Positions 23,141-32,819 of a DNA stretch of 64,000 nucleotides are shown one piece after another (the first letter of the stretch is position 1; every line of letters starts with the position of its first letter). Source of the DNA: Escherichia coli (GTDB lineage Bacteria > Pseudomonadota > Gammaproteobacteria > Enterobacterales > Enterobacteriaceae); NCBI RefSeq assembly GCF_024223415.1, contig NZ_CP100500.1; one strand, given 5' to 3'. A program made the translations under genes and the position numbers. The notes under the pieces were generated by a model, which saw only the letters and a list, made by a program, of their open reading frames with translations, did not search any database and was not told where the DNA came from.

Positions 23141-23782
23141 TTACCGCCCAATTACCACAACCTGACCACCATCCCCTTCATCTGCCGTGCTAATCTCCTG
23201 AGATGCCACACGTGACCCCACGCGCATTTCACCGTACAGAACAGGCAGGACATTGCCCTGGGCAACCATGTTATCCAATGAGGAAAAATAGGTATTTTGC
23301 TTACCGTTATCAGTGGCTGACACTTTAGGCGTTTTGGCTTTCGGTGCCAGCATCTGCGCAACACCGCCTAAAACCATACCTGCCCCAAGAGAGAACATGA
23401 GATTACTTGCAACAATACTAAGCCCCGGCATCCAGATTGCCGTAGCAATTAGCGCCGCACCCAGCACTGCCTGAAAAATACCGCCACTTTTGGCACCCGC
23501 CAGACGCGGTACGATGTGGATCACGGCACCATTTGCCAGCGGCTCATTAAGACGGGCAGATAATTCGTTTTCGCCTGCATCACGCCCGGCAATGCGCACC
23601 TGATACCAGCCGTCATTCAGTTTCTGACGAAACGCCGGGAGCTGTGTGGCCAGTGCCCGGATGGCTTCAGCCCCCGTTTTCACACGAAGGTCGATGCGGC
23701 GGCCAAATCGTTGCAAATCCCCGTAAAGGCAGATGCGTGCCATGCCCGGTGACGCCTGAGGGAGTGTGTGCGTCGCTGCCAT
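23141..23782 (-). CDS. Tail assembly protein I
   Basis: 213 aa; lambda gpI-like; overlaps K. Confidence 0.85.
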   Translation of the reverse strand: MAATHTLPQASPGMARICLYGDLQRFGRRIDLRVKTGAEAIRALATQLPAFRQKLNDGWYQVRIAGRDAGENELSARLNEPLANGAVIHIVPRLAGAKSGGIFQAVLGAALIATAIWMPGLSIVASNLMFSLGAGMVLGGVAQMLAPKAKTPKVSATDNGKQNTYFSSLDNMVAQGNVLPVLYGEMRVGSRVASQEISTADEGDGGQVVVIGR

Positions 23783-24423
23783 TTGTCGGTGTACCTCTCT
23801 CGTTTGCTAAGTTGTTCAGGAATATGGTGCAGCAGCCCGCCGTCGCCGCAGTAAATGGCGGCATGATTCGGCACCGATGAACCAAAACAGCACAGCAGCA
23901 CGTCGCCGGGCTGCGCCTCTGTCAGTGCGACACGGTAAAAACCAGTCGCCTCCATATTGTCAAGATAGAGATTCTGACCGTTACGCCACCAGTCATCCCC
24001 GCGATGAAAATCCGGCATCTCAATTCCCGCCAGATGGTAAGCATCCCGGAACAGCGTGTAACAGTCCGTCACCCCGTGCTCAAAGCACCGCCCGGTGAGA
24101 TGCGGCACACAGCGGAACTTGTGAATCGCCCCCCGGCAGACCAGCCACCACGGCAAATCACTCTGCACCTGCAGCCGCCGGTCGGCCTCACTCAGCCAGG
24201 GCAGACCACCGGGGTGACTGTGGACCAGTGCCACAATCTCACCCTGCATTTCTGCCTGCAGCCAGTCCTCCGGCGACATCCGGAAATACGCCTCCGGCTC
24301 ACCGGAGATATTCACGCAGGGGAAATATCTTTCCCCCTCCGGCGCTCTCACCACGAAGCCGCACGACTCCGCTGGCGCACATCGCCGGGCGTGCGCCAGA
24401 ATCGCTGATTCTGTCTCTGTCAT
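23680..24423 (-). CDS. Tail assembly protein K (NlpC/P60 + JAB/MPN)
   Basis: ATG at 24423 gives MTETESAILAHARRC..; HSHP JAMM motif; C-terminal tail RRTHSLRRHRAW as in lambda K. Confidence 0.88.
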   Translation of the reverse strand: MTETESAILAHARRCAPAESCGFVVRAPEGERYFPCVNISGEPEAYFRMSPEDWLQAEMQGEIVALVHSHPGGLPWLSEADRRLQVQSDLPWWLVCRGAIHKFRCVPHLTGRCFEHGVTDCYTLFRDAYHLAGIEMPDFHRGDDWWRNGQNLYLDNMEATGFYRVALTEAQPGDVLLCCFGSSVPNHAAIYCGDGGLLHHIPEQLSKRERYTDKWQRRTHSLRRHRAWHASAFTGICNDLAAASTFV

Positions 24424-24427
24424 GGAA

Positions 24428-25126
24428 TTACTGCGAAAGTTTGTGAATGGAAAGAAAACCGCCAAAGTTGCCGACGTTATTGCGAAACTTACAGCCGCTC
24501 AGGCATTTGCTGCATTTATCCTTCGTGATATCGGACGTCGGCTGATCATATTCATCCGCGACCGCCGGACCGCTATAACCGCACTCATCGCCGCGATAGG
24601 TCCAGGTGCAGGTGTTGGCCAGCATGATACGTCCCGGAAAAACAGCGCCGTCCGTTTCCGTCGGCGTGGCCAGTACAAAGGTCGCGCTGACCGCTGTCAA
24701 ATCACTGCACTGCTCGATGCGCCAGCGGCTGATAACCTCCTGCTCCGGATCGGCGTCACTGTTTCCGTTGACGAAGTTCACCGCATCCAGAAAACGGGCA
24801 TAAACTTTACGCCGGACCACCGTTCCGCCGACCAGACTCTGCATATCTTCCACCATACCGGTGACCATACCGTACAGGTTAGAAACCGTCAGCGTGGGGC
24901 GCGTACTGGTGCCTTTGCCATTCAGTTCAAAACCACTCCCCTGAATGGGATACGGCTGATACTGTCGCCCCTGCCAGGTGACCGGCTCACCTTTTTCGTT
25001 CTGCTCATTACAGAAAAAATAACGTTCTCCACCGACCTCTGTCAGATCGATTTCCCAGAGCACCACGCTGGCCGACTGCTCCGCACGGGTGCATTCATTC
25101 AGTGTTTCCTGCCGGATATCCTGCAT
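24428..25126 (-). CDS. Minor tail protein L
   Basis: 232 aa, lambda gpL-like. Confidence 0.9.
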   Translation of the reverse strand: MQDIRQETLNECTRAEQSASVVLWEIDLTEVGGERYFFCNEQNEKGEPVTWQGRQYQPYPIQGSGFELNGKGTSTRPTLTVSNLYGMVTGMVEDMQSLVGGTVVRRKVYARFLDAVNFVNGNSDADPEQEVISRWRIEQCSDLTAVSATFVLATPTETDGAVFPGRIMLANTCTWTYRGDECGYSGPAVADEYDQPTSDITKDKCSKCLSGCKFRNNVGNFGGFLSIHKLSQ

Positions 25127-25455
25127 CAGTTCACCACCTGTTCAAACTCTGCGCTGAACTCAACACGCAGCATACTGACCCGCGACGACCATTTTGCGCA
25201 GGTCACCTTTATCTGCCGCCACTCATAAGGCGGCGTCCACAGAAAGGATTTCCAGCCCCCGTGCTCTTCCAGAAACGACTCCAGTACCGTGGCCTCCTCA
25301 CGGGGGACAGAAAGCGTCACGCTGTACGTTTTCAGGTTGGCATTCAGCCCGGCAGGCGCTCGCTGGGAATAGCCATCACCAAAGCGCACCTTTCTTACAG
25401 AAGGGACCGAAGCCACATCCATACCGGGTTTCACTTTCCAGCGGAAGGTTTTCAT
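25126..25455 (-). CDS. Minor tail protein M
   Basis: 109 aa, lambda gpM-like. Confidence 0.9.
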   Translation of the reverse strand: MKTFRWKVKPGMDVASVPSVRKVRFGDGYSQRAPAGLNANLKTYSVTLSVPREEATVLESFLEEHGGWKSFLWTPPYEWRQIKVTCAKWSSRVSMLRVEFSAEFEQVVN

Positions 25456-28013
25456 CGTCCACCTCCGGAGAACAGACCACCATCACGCATCTGTGTCTGA
25501 ATTTCATCACGGGCACCCTTGCGGGCCATGTCATACACCGCCTTCAGCATCTGTGGACCTGGCAGACCATTCGTACCGTCGTTCTGAATCACCACGTTGT
25601 TGTTCTGCTCAAACCTGATACCCTCTGAACGCCGCATTTGTGCCGGACTTCCGGTGCCACCGACATAACCACCAGTGGCATAGCCGCGCATCAGCCGGTA
25701 GAGATTTCCCACGCCAATCCGGCTGGTTGCCTCCTTCGTGAAGACAAACTCACCACGGTGAACAATCCCCGCTGGCTCATATTTGCCGCCGGTTCCCGTA
25801 AATCCCCCGGTCGCAAAATGGAATTTTGCCGCAGCAGCCTGAATGGCTGTACCGCCTGACACTGATGCGCCACCACCGGCAGCACCGCCAATGACGCTGC
25901 CGATACTCCCGACAATCCCCACCATTGCCTGCTTAAGCAGAATTTCTGTCATCATGGACAGCACGGAACGGGTGAAGCTGCGCCAGTTCTGCTCACTGCC
26001 GGTCAGCATCGCCGCCATATTCTGTGCAATTCCATCAAAGGTCTGCGTGGCTGCACTTTTTACCTGCGACATACTGTCCGTGGCGCTCTCTTCCCACTCA
26101 CTCCAGCCGGACTTCAGGCCTGCCATCCAGTTCCCGCGAAGCTGGTCTTCAGCCGCCCAGGTCTTTTTCTGCTCTGACATGACGTTATTCAGCGCCAGCG
26201 GATTATCGCCATACTGTTCCTTCAGGCGCTGTTCCGTGGCTTCCCGTTCTGTCTGCCGGTCAGTCAGCCCCCGGCTTTTCGCATCAATGGCGGCCCGTTT
26301 TGCCCGTTGCTGCTGTGCGAATTTATCCGCCTGCTGCGCCAGCGCGTTCAGGCGCTCCTGATACGTAACCTTGTCGCCAAGTGCAGCCAGCTGGCGTTTG
26401 TACTCCAGCGTCTCATCTTTATGCGCCAGCAGGGATTTCTCCTGTGCAGACAGCTGGCGACGTTGCGCCGCCTCCTCCAGTACCGCGAACTGACTCTCCG
26501 CCTTCCACAAATCCCGGCGCTGCTGGCTGATTTTCTCATTTGCTCCGGCATGCTTCTCCAGCGTCCGGAGTTCTGCCTGAAGCGTCAGCAGGGCGGCATG
26601 AGCACTGTCTTCCTGACGATCGCCCGCAGACACCTTCACGCCGGACTGTTTCGGCTTTTTCAGCGTCGCTTCATAATCCTTTTTCGCCGCCGCCATCAGC
26701 GTGTTGTAATCTGCCTGCAGGATTTTTCCGTCTTTCAGTGCCTTGTTCAGTTCTTCCTGACGGGCGGTATATTTCTCCAGCGGTGTCTGCAGGCGTTCGT
26801 AAGCCTTCTGCGCCTCTTCGGTATATTTCAGCCGTGACGCTTCGGTATCGCTCTGCTGCTGCGCATTTTTGTCCTGTTGACTCTGCTGCTCAGCCTTCTT
26901 TCGGGCGGCTTCAAGCGCAAGACGGGCCTTTTCACGATCATCCCAGTAACGCGCCCGCGCTTCATCGTTAACAAAATAATCATCCTTGCGCAGATTCCAG
27001 ATATCGTCCGCTTTCTTAAACGCGGCCTCTGCCTTAATCAGCATCTCCTGCGCGGTATCAGGACGACCAGTATCCAGCACCGCATCCCACATGGATTTGA
27101 ATGCCCGTGCTGTCCTGTCTGCCCAGGTTTCCAGCGTGCCCATGTTCTCTTTCAGGCGGCGGGTCTGGTCATCAAACCCTTTCGTTGCGGCCTCGTTCGC
27201 CGCCTGCAATGCCCCTGCCTCATCGCCGGAACGCTGCAACTGAGCAACATACGCAATCTGCTCCGCCGTCACGTTATGGAACTGGCGCGCCATCGCCGTC
27301 AGCCCCGACGTCGGGTCTGTGGTCAGCTTCCCGAAGGCTTCAGCGACCTTGTCCACCTCCACGCCGGATGCAGAGGAGAAACGCGCCACACTCTGGCTGA
27401 TGGACGCAATCTGAGCCTCACCGCTTACCCCCGCCTTAACCAGTGCGCTGAGTGACTCGCTGGTCTGGTTAAACGTCAGCCCTGCCGCCTGCCCGGCTCT
27501 GGACAGGACCAGCATACGATCTGCCGTCAGTCCCGCCTGATTGCCGGAAAGGACCAGCGTTTTGTTGAAATCGGACAGGGTTGAGTTGCCCTGATACCAG
27601 GCATACGCCAGCGCACCGGTCGCCACCGCCAGCGAGGTGGCCCCGACCATCGGCAGGGTGATCGCACCGGCAAGCCCCCTGAACATGGGGATCATCCCGC
27701 CGAAGGAGTCCTTCACCTGACCACCCTGTTGCAGCAGGATCAGCCACGGACTCTGCCCGCCTGCAAGCTGTGTGGCCACGTCGGTGAACTGTGCAGGCAG
27801 CATACGCATGGCGGCTTTATACTGTCCGACGGAAATCCCCGCTTTCTGTGCAGCCAGCGCCTGCCGGTTCATTGACTGTTCAACGACTGCCGCTGTTTTT
27901 TTCGCATCACTTTCCGTACCGGAAAAATGACGCCTGACTCTGGCCATCTGCTCGTCAAACCTGGCCGCATCCAGACTTAAATCAACGACCAGATCGCCTA
28001 CCGGTTCAGCCAT
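25452..28013 (-). CDS. Tail tape measure protein H
   Basis: 853 aa; coiled-coil rich; lambda gpH-like. Confidence 0.92.
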   Translation of the reverse strand: MAEPVGDLVVDLSLDAARFDEQMARVRRHFSGTESDAKKTAAVVEQSMNRQALAAQKAGISVGQYKAAMRMLPAQFTDVATQLAGGQSPWLILLQQGGQVKDSFGGMIPMFRGLAGAITLPMVGATSLAVATGALAYAWYQGNSTLSDFNKTLVLSGNQAGLTADRMLVLSRAGQAAGLTFNQTSESLSALVKAGVSGEAQIASISQSVARFSSASGVEVDKVAEAFGKLTTDPTSGLTAMARQFHNVTAEQIAYVAQLQRSGDEAGALQAANEAATKGFDDQTRRLKENMGTLETWADRTARAFKSMWDAVLDTGRPDTAQEMLIKAEAAFKKADDIWNLRKDDYFVNDEARARYWDDREKARLALEAARKKAEQQSQQDKNAQQQSDTEASRLKYTEEAQKAYERLQTPLEKYTARQEELNKALKDGKILQADYNTLMAAAKKDYEATLKKPKQSGVKVSAGDRQEDSAHAALLTLQAELRTLEKHAGANEKISQQRRDLWKAESQFAVLEEAAQRRQLSAQEKSLLAHKDETLEYKRQLAALGDKVTYQERLNALAQQADKFAQQQRAKRAAIDAKSRGLTDRQTEREATEQRLKEQYGDNPLALNNVMSEQKKTWAAEDQLRGNWMAGLKSGWSEWEESATDSMSQVKSAATQTFDGIAQNMAAMLTGSEQNWRSFTRSVLSMMTEILLKQAMVGIVGSIGSVIGGAAGGGASVSGGTAIQAAAAKFHFATGGFTGTGGKYEPAGIVHRGEFVFTKEATSRIGVGNLYRLMRGYATGGYVGGTGSPAQMRRSEGIRFEQNNNVVIQNDGTNGLPGPQMLKAVYDMARKGARDEIQTQMRDGGLFSGGGR

Positions 28014-28440
28014 ACCGGACTCCTCCTGCGATCCCTTCTGATACTGTCATCAGCATTACGTCATCCTCCGTCATGTCCGCCACATCCGGGGATGCAGGGA
28101 TAACTTCATTCCCGTCCGGGCCAAAGCGGACGCCTCCGGCAAGCCCTGCCGCTTTCTGCATCAGCACATCATCTTCAGGCTCTTCGTCAGCCTCGCGCCG
28201 GTTCAGCAGACTGAAATCCAGCGGATGCATATCCGGATCGCTGAAAAACAGGCTGAGCACGGTGTACGTCAGCCCGGAAAAGTGCATATCCAGCAGAACA
28301 TCATGAAAATAATGGGTACTGTAAAAGCGGTGCCAGTCGGCATACTCCGTGGATGACATCCCGGCAAGCATGGCGCGCCAGTCGGGTCGCCCCATCTCAC
28401 GCGCCAGTTTCAGGGCAAAACTCAGCTCACCGTCGAACAC
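28006..28440 (-). CDS. Tail assembly chaperone T segment (expressed as G-T fusion by -1 frameshift)
   Basis: 144 aa ORF in -1 frame starting at slippery site. Confidence 0.8.
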   Translation of the reverse strand: MFDGELSFALKLAREMGRPDWRAMLAGMSSTEYADWHRFYSTHYFHDVLLDMHFSGLTYTVLSLFFSDPDMHPLDFSLLNRREADEEPEDDVLMQKAAGLAGGVRFGPDGNEVIPASPDVADMTEDDVMLMTVSEGIAGGVRYG

Positions 28441-28844
28441 TTTCCCGCAGAAACAGGCTCTGCAGGCCCGGCGTCATCTGCCTGTTCAGGGGCATTATTC
28501 ACAACAAACTCAGACATTCCGGACAGACGTAACACCACGTTTTCAGCCTGAGCAATTGCCTCCGTGGGCCAGGTGGTAAGCACTTCCTGCTCAATCTGCG
28601 TAATGGCTTCATTCATGGGCAGCAGCTTTGTCTTCTGCGGATGGTTATGCCACAGAGACATCGCCACCAGAAACGCCCCGCCTCTGATAAGATCCTCTAC
28701 AGACACCTGCAGGTTGCCACTGGATTCAGCCTTTTTTTCCTGCTCTTTCAACCAGGCAAGATGCTCAATACGCTGCAGGGCTGACAGTTCAGAAAGCGTG
28801 ACGGTCACGCCGTTATGTTCAAATGATTCGTTTTTCAGGAACAT
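28422..28844 (-). CDS. Tail assembly chaperone G
   Basis: 140 aa, lambda gpG-like. Confidence 0.88.
   Translation of the reverse strand: MFLKNESFEHNGVTVTLSELSALQRIEHLAWLKEQEKKAESSGNLQVSVEDLIRGGAFLVAMSLWHNHPQKTKLLPMNEAITQIEQEVLTTWPTEAIAQAENVVLRLSGMSEFVVNNAPEQADDAGPAEPVSAGKCSTVS
28440..28446 (-). other. Programmed -1 ribosomal frameshift slippery heptamer G GGA AAG (G to G-T)
   Basis: Minus-strand GGGAAAG with GGA and AAG in the G frame, at the G/T overlap. Confidence 0.8.
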
Positions 28845-28859
28845 CGCTGACTCTCCGGA

Positions 28860-29600
28860 TTAACTGGCGGTGACGTTGATTTCTGCAACCGCAGCAAGTT
28901 CACCATTACCGGATACGACCGGAATGTTGACCCTGCCTGCAGCAACGCCCTTCACGGTGATGGTCATACCACTGACCGACACGGTGGCTTTTGTTTTATC
29001 CGCAGACACCGCACGGAAGCTCTTGTCGGTTGCGCCTTCCGGCTGGAATGCCACGGTCAGCGTGGTGCTCTGCCCTTTCACCACCGAGGTGCTGGCAGGC
29101 GTCACGGTCATGCCGGTTGCCGCTGTTAGCGTGCTGCGATCTTCTGCCATCGACGGACGTCCCACGTTGGTGACTTTCACCGTGCGGGTGATCACTTCCT
29201 TCGCTGTCACCGCCTTACCGATGCTGCTGACCCAGCCGCGGAACACATCGACCGTGCCGTTCGGGAAGCGGATTTTATAGGCACGGGTATCACCTTCATT
29301 AAACCACGCCAGCAGCGCCTGCTGCCCCTGCTCTCCGGGCATCCACGCCAGCGTGAAGCTGGTATCTCCGGCGGATTTCTGCCCCTGTCCGGTCGCGGCC
29401 CAGTCCGAATCTTCATCATCGAGATAGCTGTCGTCATAGAAATCTGCGGTCAGTTCGCCGGGCGTCAGGTCTTTAACTTTAGCCAGACGCGACCAGTCAT
29501 TGTCTGAAAGCGGGTTCGCATAAGGGTCACCGTTCCCCTTATAAACCCACAGTGTGGTCCCGGCCCCTTTCACCGGTGCCAGAGGATTTGGTGTTGGCAT
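28860..29600 (-). CDS. Major tail protein V with C-terminal Ig-like domain
   Basis: ATG at 29600 gives [22 protein letters not shown].., lambda gpV-like. Confidence 0.9.
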   Translation of the reverse strand: MPTPNPLAPVKGAGTTLWVYKGNGDPYANPLSDNDWSRLAKVKDLTPGELTADFYDDSYLDDEDSDWAATGQGQKSAGDTSFTLAWMPGEQGQQALLAWFNEGDTRAYKIRFPNGTVDVFRGWVSSIGKAVTAKEVITRTVKVTNVGRPSMAEDRSTLTAATGMTVTPASTSVVKGQSTTLTVAFQPEGATDKSFRAVSADKTKATVSVSGMTITVKGVAAGRVNIPVVSGNGELAAVAEINVTAS

Positions 29601-29607
29601 ATCGTCC

Positions 29608-30003
29608 TCACATTTCATAGGTAATGACATAAGTCAGATCGGCTGAACTCCACAGGCCCGCATCATCGTCGCGCCGGTAGTCATAGCCACTGGCCACCAT
29701 ACTGGTGATCAAATCTGACAGTGCCGGGATATCGCTCATCACCGGATAAATCCGGGACTCCATCCACGAATCCAGCTCTGAATCCGGCACCTGAGCAGGC
29801 AGGAAAACTTCAATATGCAGCTCCGCCTGCCAGGTATCGCTGTCCAGCTCTTCGCCCGTGTATTCAGCGCCGGTGAGATAAACGGCAACTGCCGGAAAAT
29901 CCGCCTCATCAAAAACAGCGGGGCGACCATCAAAAAACGTCGCCCCGGTGTCATGCTTCTCCAGTGCATCCAGTACGGCTGTACGGATATCAGTATTTTT
30001 CAT
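29608..30003 (-). CDS. Tail terminator protein U
   Basis: 131 aa, nearly identical to remembered lambda gpU. Confidence 0.93.
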   Translation of the reverse strand: MKNTDIRTAVLDALEKHDTGATFFDGRPAVFDEADFPAVAVYLTGAEYTGEELDSDTWQAELHIEVFLPAQVPDSELDSWMESRIYPVMSDIPALSDLITSMVASGYDYRRDDDAGLWSSADLTYVITYEM

Positions 30004-30575
30004 CGCTTTATCACAATCCTCAGTTGTTGTTTCAGCGCATAGCTCAGTTCTTTTGGCAGACGTTCGCGTCGGATACGGTTAACGTTCTCATCAAAAGCCT
30101 GTTTCAGTGGGGCCGACATCGGAATTTTCACCACCTGAATGGGAAGACGATTACGCTTTTTCCTTCCCTTATCGTCATTGCCCTTCGCATACCTGGCTTC
30201 TGGCAGACGTTGCATAACATGCCAGCGCCCATTATTCAGTCGCTGGATGAATGCCCGCTGATAACGATGCTGACCGGCTTTGAGTATGCTGTTCGGGCGA
30301 CGTCCCAGCATCCTGATCCCCAGCTTAATCACAGGAAGATCGCCGCGGTTAACGATAATTTTTGCGTTCGGATTTCTGACCGTAGCCCGTTTCAGTCTGG
30401 ATCGCTCTTTAACAAGTTTTCTCGGCACCCGGGTTTCACGGGCGACCTGAGACGAAGACTGATTAATCGCCGTTGTGGCCACGCGGTTAATGGCCATTGC
30501 GGCGGCACCAGGCACCGCCGTTCTGCTGATACGGCTGAGGTTTTCAACGGCCTGCTCAAGACCCTGTATGGCCAT
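30000..30575 (-). CDS. Tail completion protein Z
   Basis: 191 aa, lambda gpZ-like. Confidence 0.9.
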   Translation of the reverse strand: MAIQGLEQAVENLSRISRTAVPGAAAMAINRVATTAINQSSSQVARETRVPRKLVKERSRLKRATVRNPNAKIIVNRGDLPVIKLGIRMLGRRPNSILKAGQHRYQRAFIQRLNNGRWHVMQRLPEARYAKGNDDKGRKKRNRLPIQVVKIPMSAPLKQAFDENVNRIRRERLPKELSYALKQQLRIVIKR

Positions 30576-30586
30576 ACATCCCCCTT

Positions 30587-30949
30587 TCAGCGGCGACGAT
30601 TAACGGCAGGCGGTACGCCCCGCCCAAGCCAGAGATGACAGCTTCCGCCATCATCCGGCGAAACCCGGTCTATCCAGAAGTTTTCCTCACCGATGGTCAG
30701 CGTGTCTCCACGCCGCAGTTGCCGCACATCATCAGTCCGGACAAACAGGGACGGGCTGGAGCCTTCAACGCGCACGCCCTGTCCGGCATAGCTGATATTT
30801 TCAGGGTCATCAAAAACACCACGTATTACTGCGCCGGGCTGCTCACCGGATGTAATGGTGGCTGACGTTCCCATATGCCCGCGTATCGTTTCATCAGCCC
30901 GGGCAATGGCTGTATCAAAACCGTTATCCCTGATATTAATAACTTTCAT
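30587..30949 (-). CDS. Head-tail connector protein FII
   Basis: ATG at 30949; ..FDTAIARADETIRGHMGTSATITSGEQ.. matches lambda FII. Confidence 0.88.
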   Translation of the reverse strand: MKVINIRDNGFDTAIARADETIRGHMGTSATITSGEQPGAVIRGVFDDPENISYAGQGVRVEGSSPSLFVRTDDVRQLRRGDTLTIGEENFWIDRVSPDDGGSCHLWLGRGVPPAVNRRR

Positions 30950-31298
30950 CTGTAACAAGCCCCTCCAGGACAAGTTCCGCAACATTCACTGGATCAACTC
31001 TGACAGTCATACCTGTAACAACAATCTCCATATCACTGTCATCATGCGGATGTTTTCCCGCCACATGCAGGGTTTTGAGTACACGAACAGTGCTCATTTC
31101 ATCCCCGCCAGTGGAGTGGCTATACGTCATCAAATGCCTTTCGTTCTCATCACTCTCCTGGTTTTTGTCCTCTGCTTCCTCTTCCCATTCCGCCACCCGC
31201 TGCGCTATCTCTGCGGCACTCCCGGATATATCCGGCTCACGCCCCAGAATCAGGGCCAGTTCATCAAGCCGTTTCAGATTTTGCTCTTTCGTTGCCAT
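30936..31298 (-). CDS. DNA packaging protein FI-like
   Basis: ATG at 31298 with AGGGGG RBS; position between E and FII; acidic. Confidence 0.6.
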   Translation of the reverse strand: MATKEQNLKRLDELALILGREPDISGSAAEIAQRVAEWEEEAEDKNQESDENERHLMTYSHSTGGDEMSTVRVLKTLHVAGKHPHDDSDMEIVVTGMTVRVDPVNVAELVLEGLVTDESY

Positions 31299-31349
31299 AT
31301 CAGCCCCCTGTGAAAAAAGACACGGGGGCATTTCGCCCCCGCTCACGGA

Positions 31350-32378
31350 TTATTTCACCTGTACCACCACAAACTCATCCGGGTCCGGCAACACCATCAG
31401 CGGCGCGGACTGCGTCATGGTAAATTCACGGGCGGGATCCCCCACCGTCAGCCAGTGTTTCGGATAACGGGAAGAGGCCACCACTCCTTCAGACAACGCC
31501 TGTGCATCCTGAATGGCACCGTAACAACGGATCCCATCTGCAGCAGTATTCCCCAGGACCAGCGTGCCGTCTGGCAGATAACGTTTTTCGGTACCGTCCT
31601 CTGCCACATAAGACGTTTTCGCCACCACAATGGCCAGATCACCGTAATACCCTTTGAAAGACACCACCGCCCCCAGGTCTTTCACTGCCGTTTCGAGTTG
31701 CGAATTTGAACCGCGACGGGTATCCAGTTTTTCGCGGAACAGCTTAAAACCATTCAGCAGACGCCAGACGGTACCGTCCATAATGGCAATATTCACAAGG
31801 CCGCTGGCCTGGTCGCAGTAGAGGTCAATATCATGCGCAGGATCGAACGTGTCACGATCGTGCTCAGACCATTTTTTACCACTGGCCTGCGTAATGTTAT
31901 TCTTCGTCGACCTGCCAAAATCGACCTCAATTTTCTCGAACTGGTCTCCTTCCATGGTGTATTTGCCATACAGCACGGCATTTACCGCCTGCATTTCTTC
32001 CACCTGGACAATCGCGTGCTCTTCCTGTTTGAGGTTATCGGTAATGATACGCAGACGGCGGTAAGCCGGATCGTTCAGTTGAGCCGGATCTTCACCAGGA
32101 AGGCGCTCAACCGCCTGCCGGGAATTAAATTCGTGTTTCGGCTTGACGTAGCCCGGACGCAACACGCGGGTTTCACCACCACGATGACGCAGCACTTTTC
32201 CTTCAACAACCGGGGAGACATAGGCCGCCACCGGCGTTTTTCCGGTAATTTTGTCCAGCATCACCTCTTCGGTATGGAAATTCACCGTACGACGGAAAAA
32301 CAGCTCCAGAAACAGCGCACGAAATTTCACTTTTTGTTCGGTATAACCGAGTAACTGGCGGGTCGTAAACAATCCCAT
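31350..32378 (-). CDS. Major capsid protein E
   Basis: 342 aa; lambda gpE-like throughout. Confidence 0.93.
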   Translation of the reverse strand: MGLFTTRQLLGYTEQKVKFRALFLELFFRRTVNFHTEEVMLDKITGKTPVAAYVSPVVEGKVLRHRGGETRVLRPGYVKPKHEFNSRQAVERLPGEDPAQLNDPAYRRLRIITDNLKQEEHAIVQVEEMQAVNAVLYGKYTMEGDQFEKIEVDFGRSTKNNITQASGKKWSEHDRDTFDPAHDIDLYCDQASGLVNIAIMDGTVWRLLNGFKLFREKLDTRRGSNSQLETAVKDLGAVVSFKGYYGDLAIVVAKTSYVAEDGTEKRYLPDGTLVLGNTAADGIRCYGAIQDAQALSEGVVASSRYPKHWLTVGDPAREFTMTQSAPLMVLPDPDEFVVVQVK

Positions 32379-32435
32379 AAATCAGTTCCTTTCATTCAGA
32401 AATCAGTCAGGCCACCGCGGTGGCCTGATAACGTG

Positions 32436-32783
32436 TTACGGCAGCGCCGCGTGACTCAGGGCACTACCGGCAAAGGCGTTGGCCTTTTTGTGTTCATCCA
32501 CACTGTCAGGCCAGCGGATTGCCTCCGTCGCAAAGGTTCCCGACTTGTAATACGTCAGCACCGTCTCTGTGCCTTCAAGCGGCAGTACCAGTATGCCAAC
32601 CGCACTACCGGCTTTCTGTCCGTCCCAGACCACCAGTTTCCCGGTGGCTTCATCCAGCATCAGGGGCGTCAGTGCCGGTGTTGGCGAGGAAATCCCGCTG
32701 CTGCCTGTGGCGGTATGAGCCGGATCATTACCGGCAAAAATACGTACTTCCGCACGCTGTTCAGTGATGGTTTTCGTTACCAT
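32436..32783 (-). CDS. Head decoration protein D
   Basis: 115 aa; lambda gpD-like (..DPAHTAT..TPLMLD..). Confidence 0.9.
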   Translation of the reverse strand: MVTKTITEQRAEVRIFAGNDPAHTATGSSGISSPTPALTPLMLDEATGKLVVWDGQKAGSAVGILVLPLEGTETVLTYYKSGTFATEAIRWPDSVDEHKKANAFAGSALSHAALP

Positions 32784-32819
32784 ATTGTAAAAACCTCCTA
32801 TTGATGGTCAGCACTGGCT

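Noticed and set aside
24422-25228. 268-aa plus-strand ORF across tail genes K, L and M
   Set aside because: Antisense to three well-supported lambda tail genes; shadow ORF.
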